64,000 nt of DNA from Antedon mediterranea (GCF_964355755.1 NC_092673.1:7130001-7194000), one strand, 5' to 3'; counted from the first letter of the stretch, positions 39,032 through 51,605 are shown. Notes: generated by a model not told the origin, from the letters alone. A program made the numbers and translations.

Positions 39032-40549
39032 TTGTTTACAACCACCTTGTGTACGAGTTGACCTAATCACGCTGGATATGTTTCAATAGGGCATTACTCG
39101 ATCTACACAGATCTGATCATGATGTAATACGTACGTCCTAATGGCAACGTTATGCAATCTAACACAATTATGGACAATTAACCAAATGGTCATTTGCCTC
39201 AACAAAGCACGTTTAGCTCTTAATATTTCAATAGAAATTAAAATAACTATAATATACAAAGGTCTAAGTAGAGACCCTAACATCCAAGCAATATTTATAG
39301 AATGTCCAAATTAACAAATGGATAAATTAACTAAGGATCATCATTTAATATTAAATTACAGAAAAGTCAGACTAACGATGGAAAAAGCTATGATACAACG
39401 CGGTAAAAACGAAGCTAATGCAATTTTTAGGCACACTGTATTCATAAAAACGATTAAGGAAAACATAGCTTGGTGGTTAAAAAAAAATGTTCGCATTTTC
39501 GAACCTCGCCCATCGCTTTCAACATAAAGGCCGCAAGCCAATGCAGTATAAAGTCTGTCCCCTTTTACGAATCTTCTTTAACAAAGTTCGTTCAAGGAGA
39601 TGTAGAATGTATTTTACATCTCCCTTGTTCGTTCGAATATCCGTCCTTTGGGTACATTTGCGTTGATTATGGGCGCTCTGACCGATTTGTGTCGACGATT
39701 GGCACTAACTAAGGTAAACATTTAATTAGGCCTAAGGTGTTTTAACTGAAAGGACGAAGGTCCTATGTCAGTATTATGCAATTATTGACGAAAGTAATTA
39801 TAATATCATCAAGACTTTGCTTGCTAACGATTCCTTGGCCTTTTTAAGTTGAAACGAGTTTTATGCCAGAAGACATCTTAGTCTAATTCATATCTCATCA
39901 AACATCAATTATTTTATTCGTTTCAAAGGTAAACATTTACTAATGTGTTAAATACTGATGATTAATTTTGTAAATTGAAATATTAGCCTACGGATATGGA
40001 AAAAAAAACATGAAATTAGTCTTTGTGTGTATTTAATATTTATAATTATTTTTCAAATATGATCTCCTAAAGATTATGTCGCGACGATGAGGAAATAGTG
40101 TTTTGAAAATATGACGTGGGGGTTGACGAGTTAGTAACGCAATATGGTTGACTCTTTTCTAGTACTTTATATTGTTGTGACGGATACATGAGAGCGGTAA
40201 CGCAATTAAGAATGTTTTGTATAGAATCAACGTATTTATTCCGTTTATGAAATAACAATGAGCGACAAATGGGGCACATGAAGTTCCTGTGCCTTTGTAA
40301 GAGCGCCACCATTTAATGATTCGGAAACGGATATAGAAACCGGAAACGAAATTGATTGCTAACACGACACTTTTACAGTTCCATGGAGTCTAGTACAAAC
40401 ATGGAGGTATACCTCCATGGTACAAACACACCAGACGTTTGTTGGTATATACACTTTCCGCTTTATTTGTTCATACGACGAATATAGAGTATAATAGAGT
40501 ATAACCGATTTCCAGGGCTGTATCTCCACATACTACAATCCAGCACTAC

Positions 40550-40740
40550 AATATTTTCCGGATAGTAGGCCTATATAGGAATATTTTGTGATACAGCATC
40601 TCGTGCAATATCATGTGGTGCCTGTATCACGTAAGGTTTATAGGTTAAGAGTTAGGTTATGGTATGATACTAGGGGAAATACATGCGAAACACATGTGAC
40701 GTTGTATTACCAAATATTCCTATGATACTGTAGAAATCTA
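40550..40740. mobile_element. Palindromic MITE family with central GGTTA-rich tract
   Basis: ATAGGAATATTTTGTGATACAGCATC / GACGTTGTATTACCAAATATTCCTAT inverted arms. Related degenerate copies at ~46260-46410, ~53030-53120 and ~54700-54870. Confidence 0.6.
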
Positions 40741-43696
40741 GATACAGTACCGCATTGGATGAATAAAGCGCATCGCCATAGTTAACGTCTACAAAAGGGA
40801 CGAACTAAAGATAATTTTGATTTGATTTGTATTTCTTTTTTTTTTCAATTTTGTGTTTTTGTTTTTTCTCAAATATTGTGTAACTGTACATTGTGCTTTT
40901 GTGTTACTATTTTGGCTGAGTGCCACTGATCTAATCTCCAAATATAATCATTATTACTTCAGAATATATCCATTGTTTGAAATAACAAACACATTTCAAT
41001 TCAATAGCAATGTCGAAATAAAACATTGTGATCTTTAAAATGTATTTATATTTTTACTAAAAATTCTTATTCAAAAGTTAAACAGTGAAATATAGACTAT
41101 AGGTTCGGGCGTTAAATATAAATCTCGAAATTGATTGGATAAAAGTTGTAAGCTGTTTATACGCATGCGTCGTTGAAATAAACAAAAGGTGCTATTCTCA
41201 TTTAGAACATAATTTTTTAAACAACCAATCACGAAACACTGAAATGATGTATGCCTATATACGCATGCGTAGTTGGAACGTCAAAATACGTACAGTATAA
41301 CTGTATTCAAAGTTTAAAATAATAATAATAATACATGCAATGCAATATAATATAATATGAAGTGCATAAGTTTTCAACAGTTCCCTTGGTATTTGTCGCC
41401 TACATTTTAAAACCAATCGTTTAACCGTTATGCCGCAATACAATAATGTTAGAAGGTTCATTTAACGCGCAAATGAATACCTATTGATTGGACAATATCT
41501 ATAACATTACATATTTCACTAATCAATATACTCCTCCCAATATCGATTAATCGATTTTAAATAAATACTTAATTATTTGATACTTTAACGCTTGGTGAAA
41601 TATAATATCATACAACACAATAGATTTAACACGGCACATCAACCTGATGGAATGATGACAAACTTATCCCCGGAAGTTTCTCTTTAGGCCTACACCACCG
41701 GCATGCAAACGCGCCTAGTTACACCTAGTCAAAGGGTATTTGGACGGGTGAAGCGTGAGAATATAGAGTAAATAGTCTATGGGAACATCAGAGTGTCAAC
41801 AATTTTGAAAATAAATAAACGTAATTCGTCATGGTATAAAACCAACAAAGAGGGGATAAGAATTATTGGCGATTACCGGGTCTTATCCATATTTATATTG
41901 AAGGGCCGGGCCCCACTGGTTCCCGTAATCTTCCGTCTTCTTTTGGAGTGGAGTTGTTTTTGTTGAGAGATATAGGATTGAACGAGGGAAGAGCAATTTC
42001 AGTCTTCCCTGGATTGAATCCAGGACTCGGGGTGAACAACCACCAAATTGATATAAAGTAGGCAAATAACGACCACGTGAAATAGAATAGGACGGACATA
42101 CTGTATCTGATTATAAAGAAAACGGAGTGTAAAAAAGCCTGGTACCAAAGATTAAGATATGGGACCACGAAAATATTATATTAAGCCGACGAAATTCAAA
42201 TGTTTTTGCAAGAATCTTTTACACAAGACAGGCACACAATTCTATAAAATAAATAAATACAAATAAAAAATGTCGTTACCTATGGTATATAAAAAAATAC
42301 ACACAATTCTAAACAAAATCAAATCAAGACCTAAAACGATAAAAATACAGTATTCCTTTCCTGTCTATTAAAACAACTTCATTGTTTTATATGTAATATA
42401 TTTTAAGATATGTATAGTTATCTTAAGTAATTGATTGGAATAATTAAGAATTATGTAGGCCTAGGCCTAATATTTTTCGCTATCAAGTAGGCCTACTATA
42501 TTCAGGATGATCTGAAAATTTCCTCCATGCTCATAATATGCCTGTATACAATCATTATTGATCGAATCAAAAATCATTAATCGAAGTTAAGTCATGAGGT
42601 ACTGGCAAATATACAATGCATGTTAATTATTTTACGGTACATCTCCCCCTTCTTTGCTTTACCCGCGCAAAGACATTCACGAATCACAAAGAATTACAAA
42701 GTCCTTATTGAGCTTATACAAACAAAGATATTGATATGCATGTTGTTTAGTCAAATGCAAATATTTTGAAAAAGGCCTACGCATAACTATAGAAATAAAT
42801 TACCGTATATCTTCCATCCATCAAAAGTACAATAGACACAGCACGACGGTATGTTTCGTTGACATTGTCATTATATAAATATTATGAAGGCATCAATTAT
42901 TGGCCTTGAATAATATTATATCTTATAAATTAGTTGTATATCATTTCGGTACAGTATTCAAACTATTCTTTGGAGATAATTAAACATTTGTTTATGAATT
43001 ATTTACCATTTTGTATAGTGTTATGATCGAAAATGGAATTGAGATTTGGAAAGTTGTTACCGGTATTCTAAATACCTATAACATTCCTACTGCTGTAGAT
43101 GAATTGATAGGCTAGGATTTTGTATAACTTCACTCCAGGGTATGCATTTCTTAGGCCTACACGAAAGAAAACTACAGTTTATAAGTATTTTATAATAGAA
43201 GCATTTTCACCGAATAAACTAATATTATCAAGTATCATTAAATATAATGTAACACTAAATTAACTTTTCCGCAAATTTATTTATGGTTTAATGGCTGATG
43301 TTAATTTCATTTCATGGGTAGATTAGCGCAATGCGTACTTCGTTATGGTCACTTCCGACATTTTCTTGTCCTATAGGATTTACAAGACTAGTCCTCTGGC
43401 AATAAACTTATAACATTACGTGGCTACATACGTTTTAGAGTTGACCTGTATGAGGAATAAAAGACAACGATGACCCTGCCCTCACTCCCCTTGGTTTCTG
43501 GAGCAGGCCGACTTCCGATTCTACTTTCGTGTCAAGTGAAATCTATATACGTCAGTCAATCTCGAATGTAGCCTAAATGACAACGGTGAGATTATTCGAA
43601 AGGGGAAACGCATTACGGGCACTGTATTCCCGGAGGAGATCCAACCCCTCCACAACGGCTGTGACGTCCTTCATAACGACTGGGACGTCTTGGAAC

Positions 43697-44773
43697 GGGT
43701 GTCACGAAAGCTCAGACCACGAAAGCTCAGACCCCCTAAGACCTAAGATCACGAAAGCTAAGACCCAACACCTAGATTACAAATATTTATCTTTCGCACC
43801 TGCCTTGTATTTTAACTCCCAACATTTATTCTGAATACCACACCTTAGAATTGGCACTTTCATGAAAAAGAATCACATAAAAAGTAACAAATACATTTTT
43901 AAATTGATGATTTTACAGACGTTTTTCTCGCACACAAAATGACTAGCCTACAGTACAGTAGGTCATGTTCAATGTTTTTGTTTCTATGGAACGTCAAAAG
44001 AGCAAAAATTATATAGAGGGCTGAAAACTCTGTGGAGTCCATCTACAGTGTGGATGGAACAATGTAAAATTAAAATTGTAATGATAATAGTATAATCATG
44101 CAAGTACGAAGAAAAAAATACTGGCAAATAAATTTTATTTTAAAAATCATGATAAGTTTTTTTGTTTCGTTTTCTTTCTGTTTTTATACTTGTACTATTA
44201 TTGTTGCTCTTTTGGCGCTCCATAGAAACAAAAACATTGAGCATGGGTAGCTCGAGGAGTTACATTGTCATTACAGTATACAGTACAAAGAAACACATCT
44301 GTAAAATCATCAATTTAAAGGATTTATTTATTTGTTATTATGTGTTTCTCCTTCTGAAAGTACTTATAAGTCCTAATTTTAAAGTGTGGTGTTCAGGATA
44401 AAGTTAGTCAACAAATTTGGAGTCAAAATACAAGAAAGGCAGGTGCGTAAGAAAAACATCCTCTGAACCAACACAATGGAGTAAATATATACCAACAAAC
44501 AACCCGTCAAGTTTGTTTGTTGTAAAGAAAAAATATACATTTACTCAACGGGCGTAAATAATGTGAGTTTATCTATGTTTTGCGGTAGTATTAAATTATA
44601 TTTATGGTAATAAATAAAACCTACTGTGTTTAAAATTATGTATGGATAAACAAGTATTGTTTTTAAGCTGTAGTATATCTTAGTATTTGTAATCTTAGGT
44701 GTTGGGTCTTAGCTTTCGTGATCTTAGGTCTTAGGGGGTCTGAGCTTTCGTGGTCTGAGGTTTCGTGACACCC
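43697..44773. mobile_element. Non-autonomous foldback DNA transposon with ~90-bp internally repetitive TIRs (MULE-like)
   Basis: TIRs 43697-43785 and 44684-44773 (GGGTGTCACGAAAGCTCAGACCACGAAAGCTCAGACC...), near perfect. Direct repeat GTCTTGGAAC at 43687-43696 and 44774-44783 (10 bp, or 8 bp if the TIR is read one base longer). No transposase ORF. Confidence 0.92.
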
Positions 44774-45080
44774 GTCTTGGAACCGTAAATTGAATGACTG
44801 TTTGTTTTATAGTATCATATCTATGTGATTATTGACTATATGAGAATGTCAATGACCGATATTTCACCACTTGACCGACGAATGACATGATCAAAACATC
44901 ATAACAAACTGAACATGAAATGATATACGATATAGGCCTATGAATATCTGTAAAATAGAATTGCGACGTATTCCAATGTAACACAATATGCGTTACGGTG
45001 AAATTTGAAACGCTTTGAAACAAATTGAAAAGCTCATGCTATTTTTGCATTAGTGATTATTCAGTAGAAATAACAACTAA

Positions 45081-45300
45081 TCGATATACCTGTACTAAAA
45101 TAGGTATATACGTACTGAAATAGATATATCGGTAAAGAAATCAATATAACTGCACCAATATCGGTATAGCGGTACAGAAATCGGCATACCGGTACCAAAA
45201 TCGGTATGCAGTTACAAATATAGGTATAACGGTACTAAAATAGTTTTAACGGTACAGAAATCGGTATCGCTGTAACAAAATCAAGATACCCGAACCAAAA
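45081..45300. repeat. Degenerate 20-bp tandem repeat, ~11 copies
   Basis: Phased units resembling TCGGTATACCGGTAC(A/T)AAAA with strict 20-bp spacing. Confidence 0.8.
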
Positions 45301-47039
45301 TGTACACTGCTTTCCGAAAATCGTTCGGTATCTACAGTCTCAGATACTAAAACCCTCCAAAAACTGTATTGCTTATGACAATAACGTGATACCATATATT
45401 ATATCTACATTTACAGCTATTTGTGGATAATCCACACTCCGCAGTTTAACGGTATCAATCGATATATTCAATTGTAGACTGCTAAATAAAGAATCTAATG
45501 ACGCGATCTATTTCATATTAATCAAAAATCGAAACGAATCTAATTTGTGGACTAGAAAAGATGAATCAATATATACATCTGTCATTCACTCCTAATACCA
45601 CTGTTTCATGCTGCCGCACCATAACTTTGCGTTTCTCATGACCATATTTACATAATATCCGCACGTGTAATGATACGTATAGTTGCTTCATGTCATGAAT
45701 GACATAAAGGTGAATCAATTTATAGCGACCTTAAATCAAACGGAGAATTACGTCACGAGTGTTTGAAATTATTTTAAAAGTTACCATAACATGTTACATT
45801 CATTCCTCATAACCGGATTTGTATACTATGCGCGCGCAGATGGTTACGATAATAGTTGTTACATGTCATGAATGCCATAAAGATGAACCAATTTAAAACC
45901 GATCTAGGAATTATGTACCTAAATAGTACACATATAGGAAAATCGAACAGAGAACTAACCTCACGTCACGAGCGACCTTCAACGGGGTGGTGGGGTCAAT
46001 GGCCGTGAACGTATTCGGCACGTTCACTTTCATTGAGTGTGGCATTTATCTGTTAGTGGCTTGTACTCATGTCATCGTTAAACGAATGCACTCTCAGTGC
46101 ACTCTTGCTGAACTCCATATGTTACATCACAAAGCAAATTACGGTACTCGTGTATATTTTTGGCCAGACTTATGAATGGTGCTGTTAATAGATCTCAACA
46201 CGTTCCATACTTAGCGCGTTTTCTGGATTGCATAACTTGCCGATTCTCAGTAGGCTTGTATGCAGTATCATAGGCAAAGTCCGTGATACAGCATCACATG
46301 TGAGACACATAGCGCATGTTGTAGTCCTTGATCTTACATGATACTGTACAGGATAACATATGAAACATATGTTAATATGGAATTTGCGTATGATACTGCA
46401 GAAAATAGCGGTACAATCCATACAGAACCAATAATCCGGTGGCATAACATAGAGTATTTTGGAAACTATCCTAGGTCATTTTTAATTTTAAAATACGACT
46501 ATCGGTATCATTAGTTCATTACTGCAAGTATGGCAATGTTTTGTTGTTTTATAGATTATTGTTTTGATATTCTTAATCACCGTTACGAAATATCAAATTA
46601 AGTATTAATAGGCCTATTCAAATAAAACTAGTACAGCACTATTGACATTCTATTTGATAGCTATATCATTGAAAGAAGCGTTATGAATTAACATGGTAAA
46701 CAATCCATGCGGTTTCTCTACCCTGGATAAAAAATATGGAACTTTTCCAAGTAAAGATCTCAAGATTATCAAACCTGCTTTAAAGTCATCTGTGCACATG
46801 CGCAATAAGTGAATGAACTTCAGATGAACTGTTTTACTTCGGCGATCATTGAAAGTTCGATGTTTGGTCATCGAAGTGGGAATTGTCTACAAGTGTGATT
46901 TTATAGCATGCCCTCACACTTATTTCAATTAGGTCTACTTAGATGATTACCCTATTCAATTCAAACTAACCAACCATCTTCAATAAAATGCCGCTATTAA
47001 ACTAGTATTCAACAGAGAATCCAATGCAATAGATAAAAT

Positions 47040-49600
47040 AACTGATCGAGTCGAGACAATAGGCAATTCGTCTTCAAGAAAATATAAAAATAGCTACATA
47101 CAGTCATGTCAATAGGCAATTCGTCTTCAAGGAAATATAAAAATAACTACAATCATGTCAATGGACAATTCGTCTTCAAGAAAATATGTTCCTTGTCTTC
47201 AAGACAATAGATAAAGTAACTAATGTCAAGACAATGGGCACTTCGTCTTTAAAAAAAATAACATGTTACCAGGGAAGAGTGAAATTAATTTCACTCTTTT
47301 CCATTATGTTATACCTTGATTCAAGACAACATATACAATAACAATAGTCAAGACAGTGACAATTCGTCTTCATGACAATATAACTATTCTTCAAAGACAA
47401 TAAGACAAGACAGATACTAGCGTATACCTTCAAGGTAAAATATATTGTACAAGGCAACATGTAACGGGTCTTTATAAGATATATATATAACTAAGGTTGA
47501 AGAGGTACCTATATTTAAGACAATAAAGAAATGGTCATACATATGCCTAACTGGTTTTCACCTGTCTGGTTTTTAAGAGAATGTACCTTGTTCTGAGACA
47601 TGGTCAATATAAAATGTTTTTCAAGAGAATAGGTACCTTGTTGTGAGACCTTTTCTTCAACAAAAACTTATATTTTTTAATAACTTCGGGGCTATATAAA
47701 TGGTCTTCAGGAGAATATGTACAGTTACCAGTGTTCTGAGGGAATTATATATAACTAGGTTTTCAGAATAATATTGTCTTTAATACAATAGATACCTTGT
47801 CTACAAGACAATAGATAATAGATACCTGGTCTTCAAGAAAATAGTACCTGGTCTATAAGCAAATAGATACATGGTCTACAAGAGAATAGATACATTGTTT
47901 TCAAGGCAATAGATACCTGGACTTCAAGACAATAGTACTTGGTCTACAAGCCAATAGTTACCTGGACTTCAAGACAATAGATGCCTGGTCTTCAAGACAA
48001 TAGATAATAGATACCTGGTCTTCAAGACAATAGTACCTGGTCTACAAGCCAATAGATACCTGGACTTCAAGACAATAGATGCCTGGTCTTCAAGACAATA
48101 GATAATAGATACCTGGACTTCAAGACAATAGTACCTGGACTTCAAGACAATAGATACATTGACTTCAAGACAATAGTACCTGGACTTTAAGACAATAGAT
48201 GCCTGGTCTTCAAGACAATAGATAATAGATACCTGGTCTTCAAGACAATAGTGCCTGGTCTACAAGCCAATAGATACCTGGACTTCAAGACAATAGATGC
48301 CTGGTCTTCAAGACAATAGATAATAGATGCCTGGTCTTCAAGACAATAGATAATAGATACCTGGTCTTCAAGACAATAGTACCTGGTCTACAAGCCAATA
48401 GATACCTGGACTTCAAGACAATAGATGCCTGGTCTTCAAGACAATAGCTAGACAATAGTACCTGGTCTACAAGCCAATAGATACCTGGACTTCAAGACAA
48501 TAGATGCCTGGTCTTCAAGACAATAGATACATTAACTTCAAGACAATAGTACCTGGACTTTAAGACAATATATACATTGACTTCAAGACAATAGTACCTG
48601 GTCTACAAGCAAATAAATACATGGTCTACAAGAGAATAGATACATTGTTTTCAAGGCAATAGATACCTGGACTTCAAGACAATAGTACCTGGTCTACAAG
48701 CCAATAGATACATTGACTTCAAGACAATAGTACCTGGACTTCAAGAAAATAGATACATTGACTTCAAGACAATAGTACCTGGACTTTAAGACAATAGATA
48801 CATTAACTTCAAGACAATAGTACCTGGACTTTAAGACAATATATACATTGACTTCAAGACAATAGTACCTGGTCTACAAGCAAATAAATACATGGTCTAC
48901 AAGAGAATAGATACATTGTTTTCAAGGCAATAGATACCTGGACTTCAAGACAATAGTACCTGGTCTACAAGCCAATAGATACATTGACTTCAAGACAATA
49001 GTACCTGGACTTCAAGACAATAGATACATTGACTTCAAGACAATAGTACCTGGACTTTAAGACAATAGATACATTGACTTCAAGACAAAAGTACCTGGAC
49101 TTCAAGACTTTAGTACCTGGACTTCAAAATAATATTATCTGGTCTACAAGACAATATAGGTACCTTGTCTACAAGACAATATAGGTACCTGGTCTACAAG
49201 ACAATAGTACCTGGACTTCAAGACAATATATGTACCTGGTCTACAAGACAATATAGGTACCTGGTCTACAAGACAATAGTACCTGGACTTCAAGACAATA
49301 TAGGTACCTGGTCTACAAGACAATAGATACTTGGTTTCCAAGGCAATATAGGTACCGTACCTGGTCTACAAGACAATACAGGTACCTGGTCTACAAGACA
49401 ATATAGGTACCTGAATATAGGTACCTGGTCTACAAGACAATAGATACTTGGTCTCCAAGGCAATAGATACCTGGTCTTCAAGAGAATATGTAGATGGTTT
49501 TCAAAACATTATGTACCTGCAAGGTCGTCAATAGAAAACTGGTCTTCAATAGATAACTTCAGGACAATATAACTGGTTTTCAGAATACAGTAATACCTCA
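47040..49600. repeat. ~2.5-kb satellite of ~21-24-bp monomers with higher-order blocks
   Basis: Monomer TACCTGG(T/A)CT(T/A)CAAGACAATAG(A); homogeneous 47800-49480, degenerate at both edges. Remnants resume at 50419-50530 after the inserted element. Confidence 0.97.
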
Positions 49601-49626
49601 GCTGGTCTTAAAGAAAACTGATTCTC

Positions 49627-50418
49627 AACAAGGCCAACAGCCATTAAGTCGCGTGCTACAATGCATAGTGATACCGGACCGACAGACAGACCGACAGACC
49701 GACAGACAGACCGACAGACAGACCGACCGACCGAAATTAATGTTTAAAAATGTTGAAATGTTTAAAAACATTTATATTTTTTTAATTTACACGTGCGTAG
49801 CCTGTCACTTTTGACGTGCTCGTATAACGTAATTTCGAGATCAAAAGTAAGTCAAGAAAACAGAAATCGGGCAAAAAGAGTGCGCAATAACATTTAACGC
49901 GCAGTGCGCGCGCAAAAATATGCGCACTCATGGCAATTTTGTAAACGCTTAAAATTGCCTGAAACGTACTCTTATTTCATCGAAAATAAATTTTAAATAA
50001 ATTTTAAGCGCGCGTACGCATGCGTTACATGCGCTACGCACGTAATTGTATTGCCATATGATGATTTATGCCCTGAAATTTATGAGTAACAAATTTTATT
50101 TAATTGTGATTCATGGTTGTGAAGATATGATTACAAACGTGATTTCGTTAAATCGTGCGTAGACCGCGTAATTTTTTATTGCGCACCGTGAAAACATAAC
50201 CACATTGATTCCTGGCCATAAGGAATATACTGTGAAAAATTGACCTAGCTAGATTAAACTGATATCAAGATAAGGTCAGAAAGCGATAAAACGCATAGTG
50301 ATACCGGACCGACAGACCGACAGACAGACAGACCGACAGACAGACCGACAGACAGACAGACCGACCAACCGACCAACCGACATAGTGAACTATAGAGTCG
50401 CTTCCACGCGACTAAAAA
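49627..50418 (-). mobile_element. Helentron-like non-autonomous element, family B, copy 2
   Basis: Reverse complement of 8833-9535 with longer (GACA/GACC)n tracts; same termini (AACAAGGCC...AGTCGCGTGCT and AGTCGCTTCCACGCGACTAAAAA). Confidence 0.9.
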
Positions 50419-50984
50419 CTTCAAGAAAATAGAAAACACGGAGTCATTAGATAACTTCAAGGAAATAGGTACCCGGTTTTCTAGACAATAGGTGCCTGGT
50501 CTTAAGACAATAAATTTGTGGATAACTTGTCTTTAATATATAATATAATAGTGTTTAAGATGCATTCTTAAATTGTCTTAAAGCTACAAAACCACTTCAC
50601 ATATACATGTTTAAATAGGCAGCTATAGTTCAAAATTAGTTTAATGTACAAAAAAGCCAAGCCATTCGCCATCTTTTATTCTTTATTGTTTTGCTGTATA
50701 GATACATTGTTGGAAGTAATCTCAAGCCCCTGACCGGAAATGATTAGTGATAAGTTATTCGATAAGGGTTAAGCTCAATTTCCGGTTGATGAGAATTTCG
50801 AGTTCATGCCAGGAAAGGGAAACTTCCTTGGAATGCTCCAGATGACCCTATGAACGACCTGTTTACTCCTGGGAAGTGGCGCTTAACTTTCGACCCCTTT
50901 GTCTTTTCTTAAAGGAGAAAGCCTTTCTATCATTATATGTCAATCCGACACCATACCTGATTCATGTAGGCCTGTATTAATAAC

Positions 50985-51222
50985 ATTCATAGTGCATTTT
51001 TTATTTGTTCCTATAGAATATAATCGAATTTGAACATATAATGAAAGCTGCAGTGGTACAATTGTTAGGATATCTGCATATATCAAGATGTTCCGATATT
51101 TGAATTCGGAACATCTTGATATGCAGATGTCCTAACAATTGTACCACTGCAGCTTTCATGATATGATTCAAATTCGATTATATTCTAGGCCTATAGGAAC
51201 AAATAAAACATGCACTATGAAT
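50985..51222. repeat. Near-perfect ~240-bp palindrome (foldback MITE-like)
   Basis: ATTCATAGTGCA...ATCAAGATGTTCCGA pairs with TCGGAACATCTTGAT...TGCACTATGAAT; arms ~110-115 bp, loop ~10 nt. Confidence 0.95.
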
Positions 51223-51605
51223 CACCTTGTCCTACAAGTTGACAAAATTGCAATATAAAAGATACACAAGATCTTTCAGTAAAAAGGGGCTCTTTATCAA
51301 ATACATATATTTTTAGATTCTTTAAGAAAAACATTTCTAACATATCTAATTCTAATTGAAAATTAAACATACGTTACATTAGGCCCATACTGACTTACAT
51401 TCATAGAACAAACCTTTAAAACAATCACTGCCGCTCATTTTTAGGAAATTCTAACATTTTACTAAGAGCGTCGAGTAACCAAATTAAAAAAAATGCTTTC
51501 TTGTACGAATAATTAGAAACTATACACCTGCAACAGTTTCTAAAGGTTTTGTTAAAATCTTGATGATAGATACATTGAGGTCATAATAATCGATAATCTG
51601 TGTTG

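Noticed and set aside
39318-39712. ORFs of 61-80 aa near a possible donor AAG/GTAAAC
   Set aside because: No recognisable domain; the longest frame stops just before the donor and contains an apparent transposon footprint.
47800-49480. Satellite as a CRISPR array, or ORFs 49144-49481 as genes
   Set aside because: Head-to-tail monomers without unique spacers; the ORFs are translations of the repeat.
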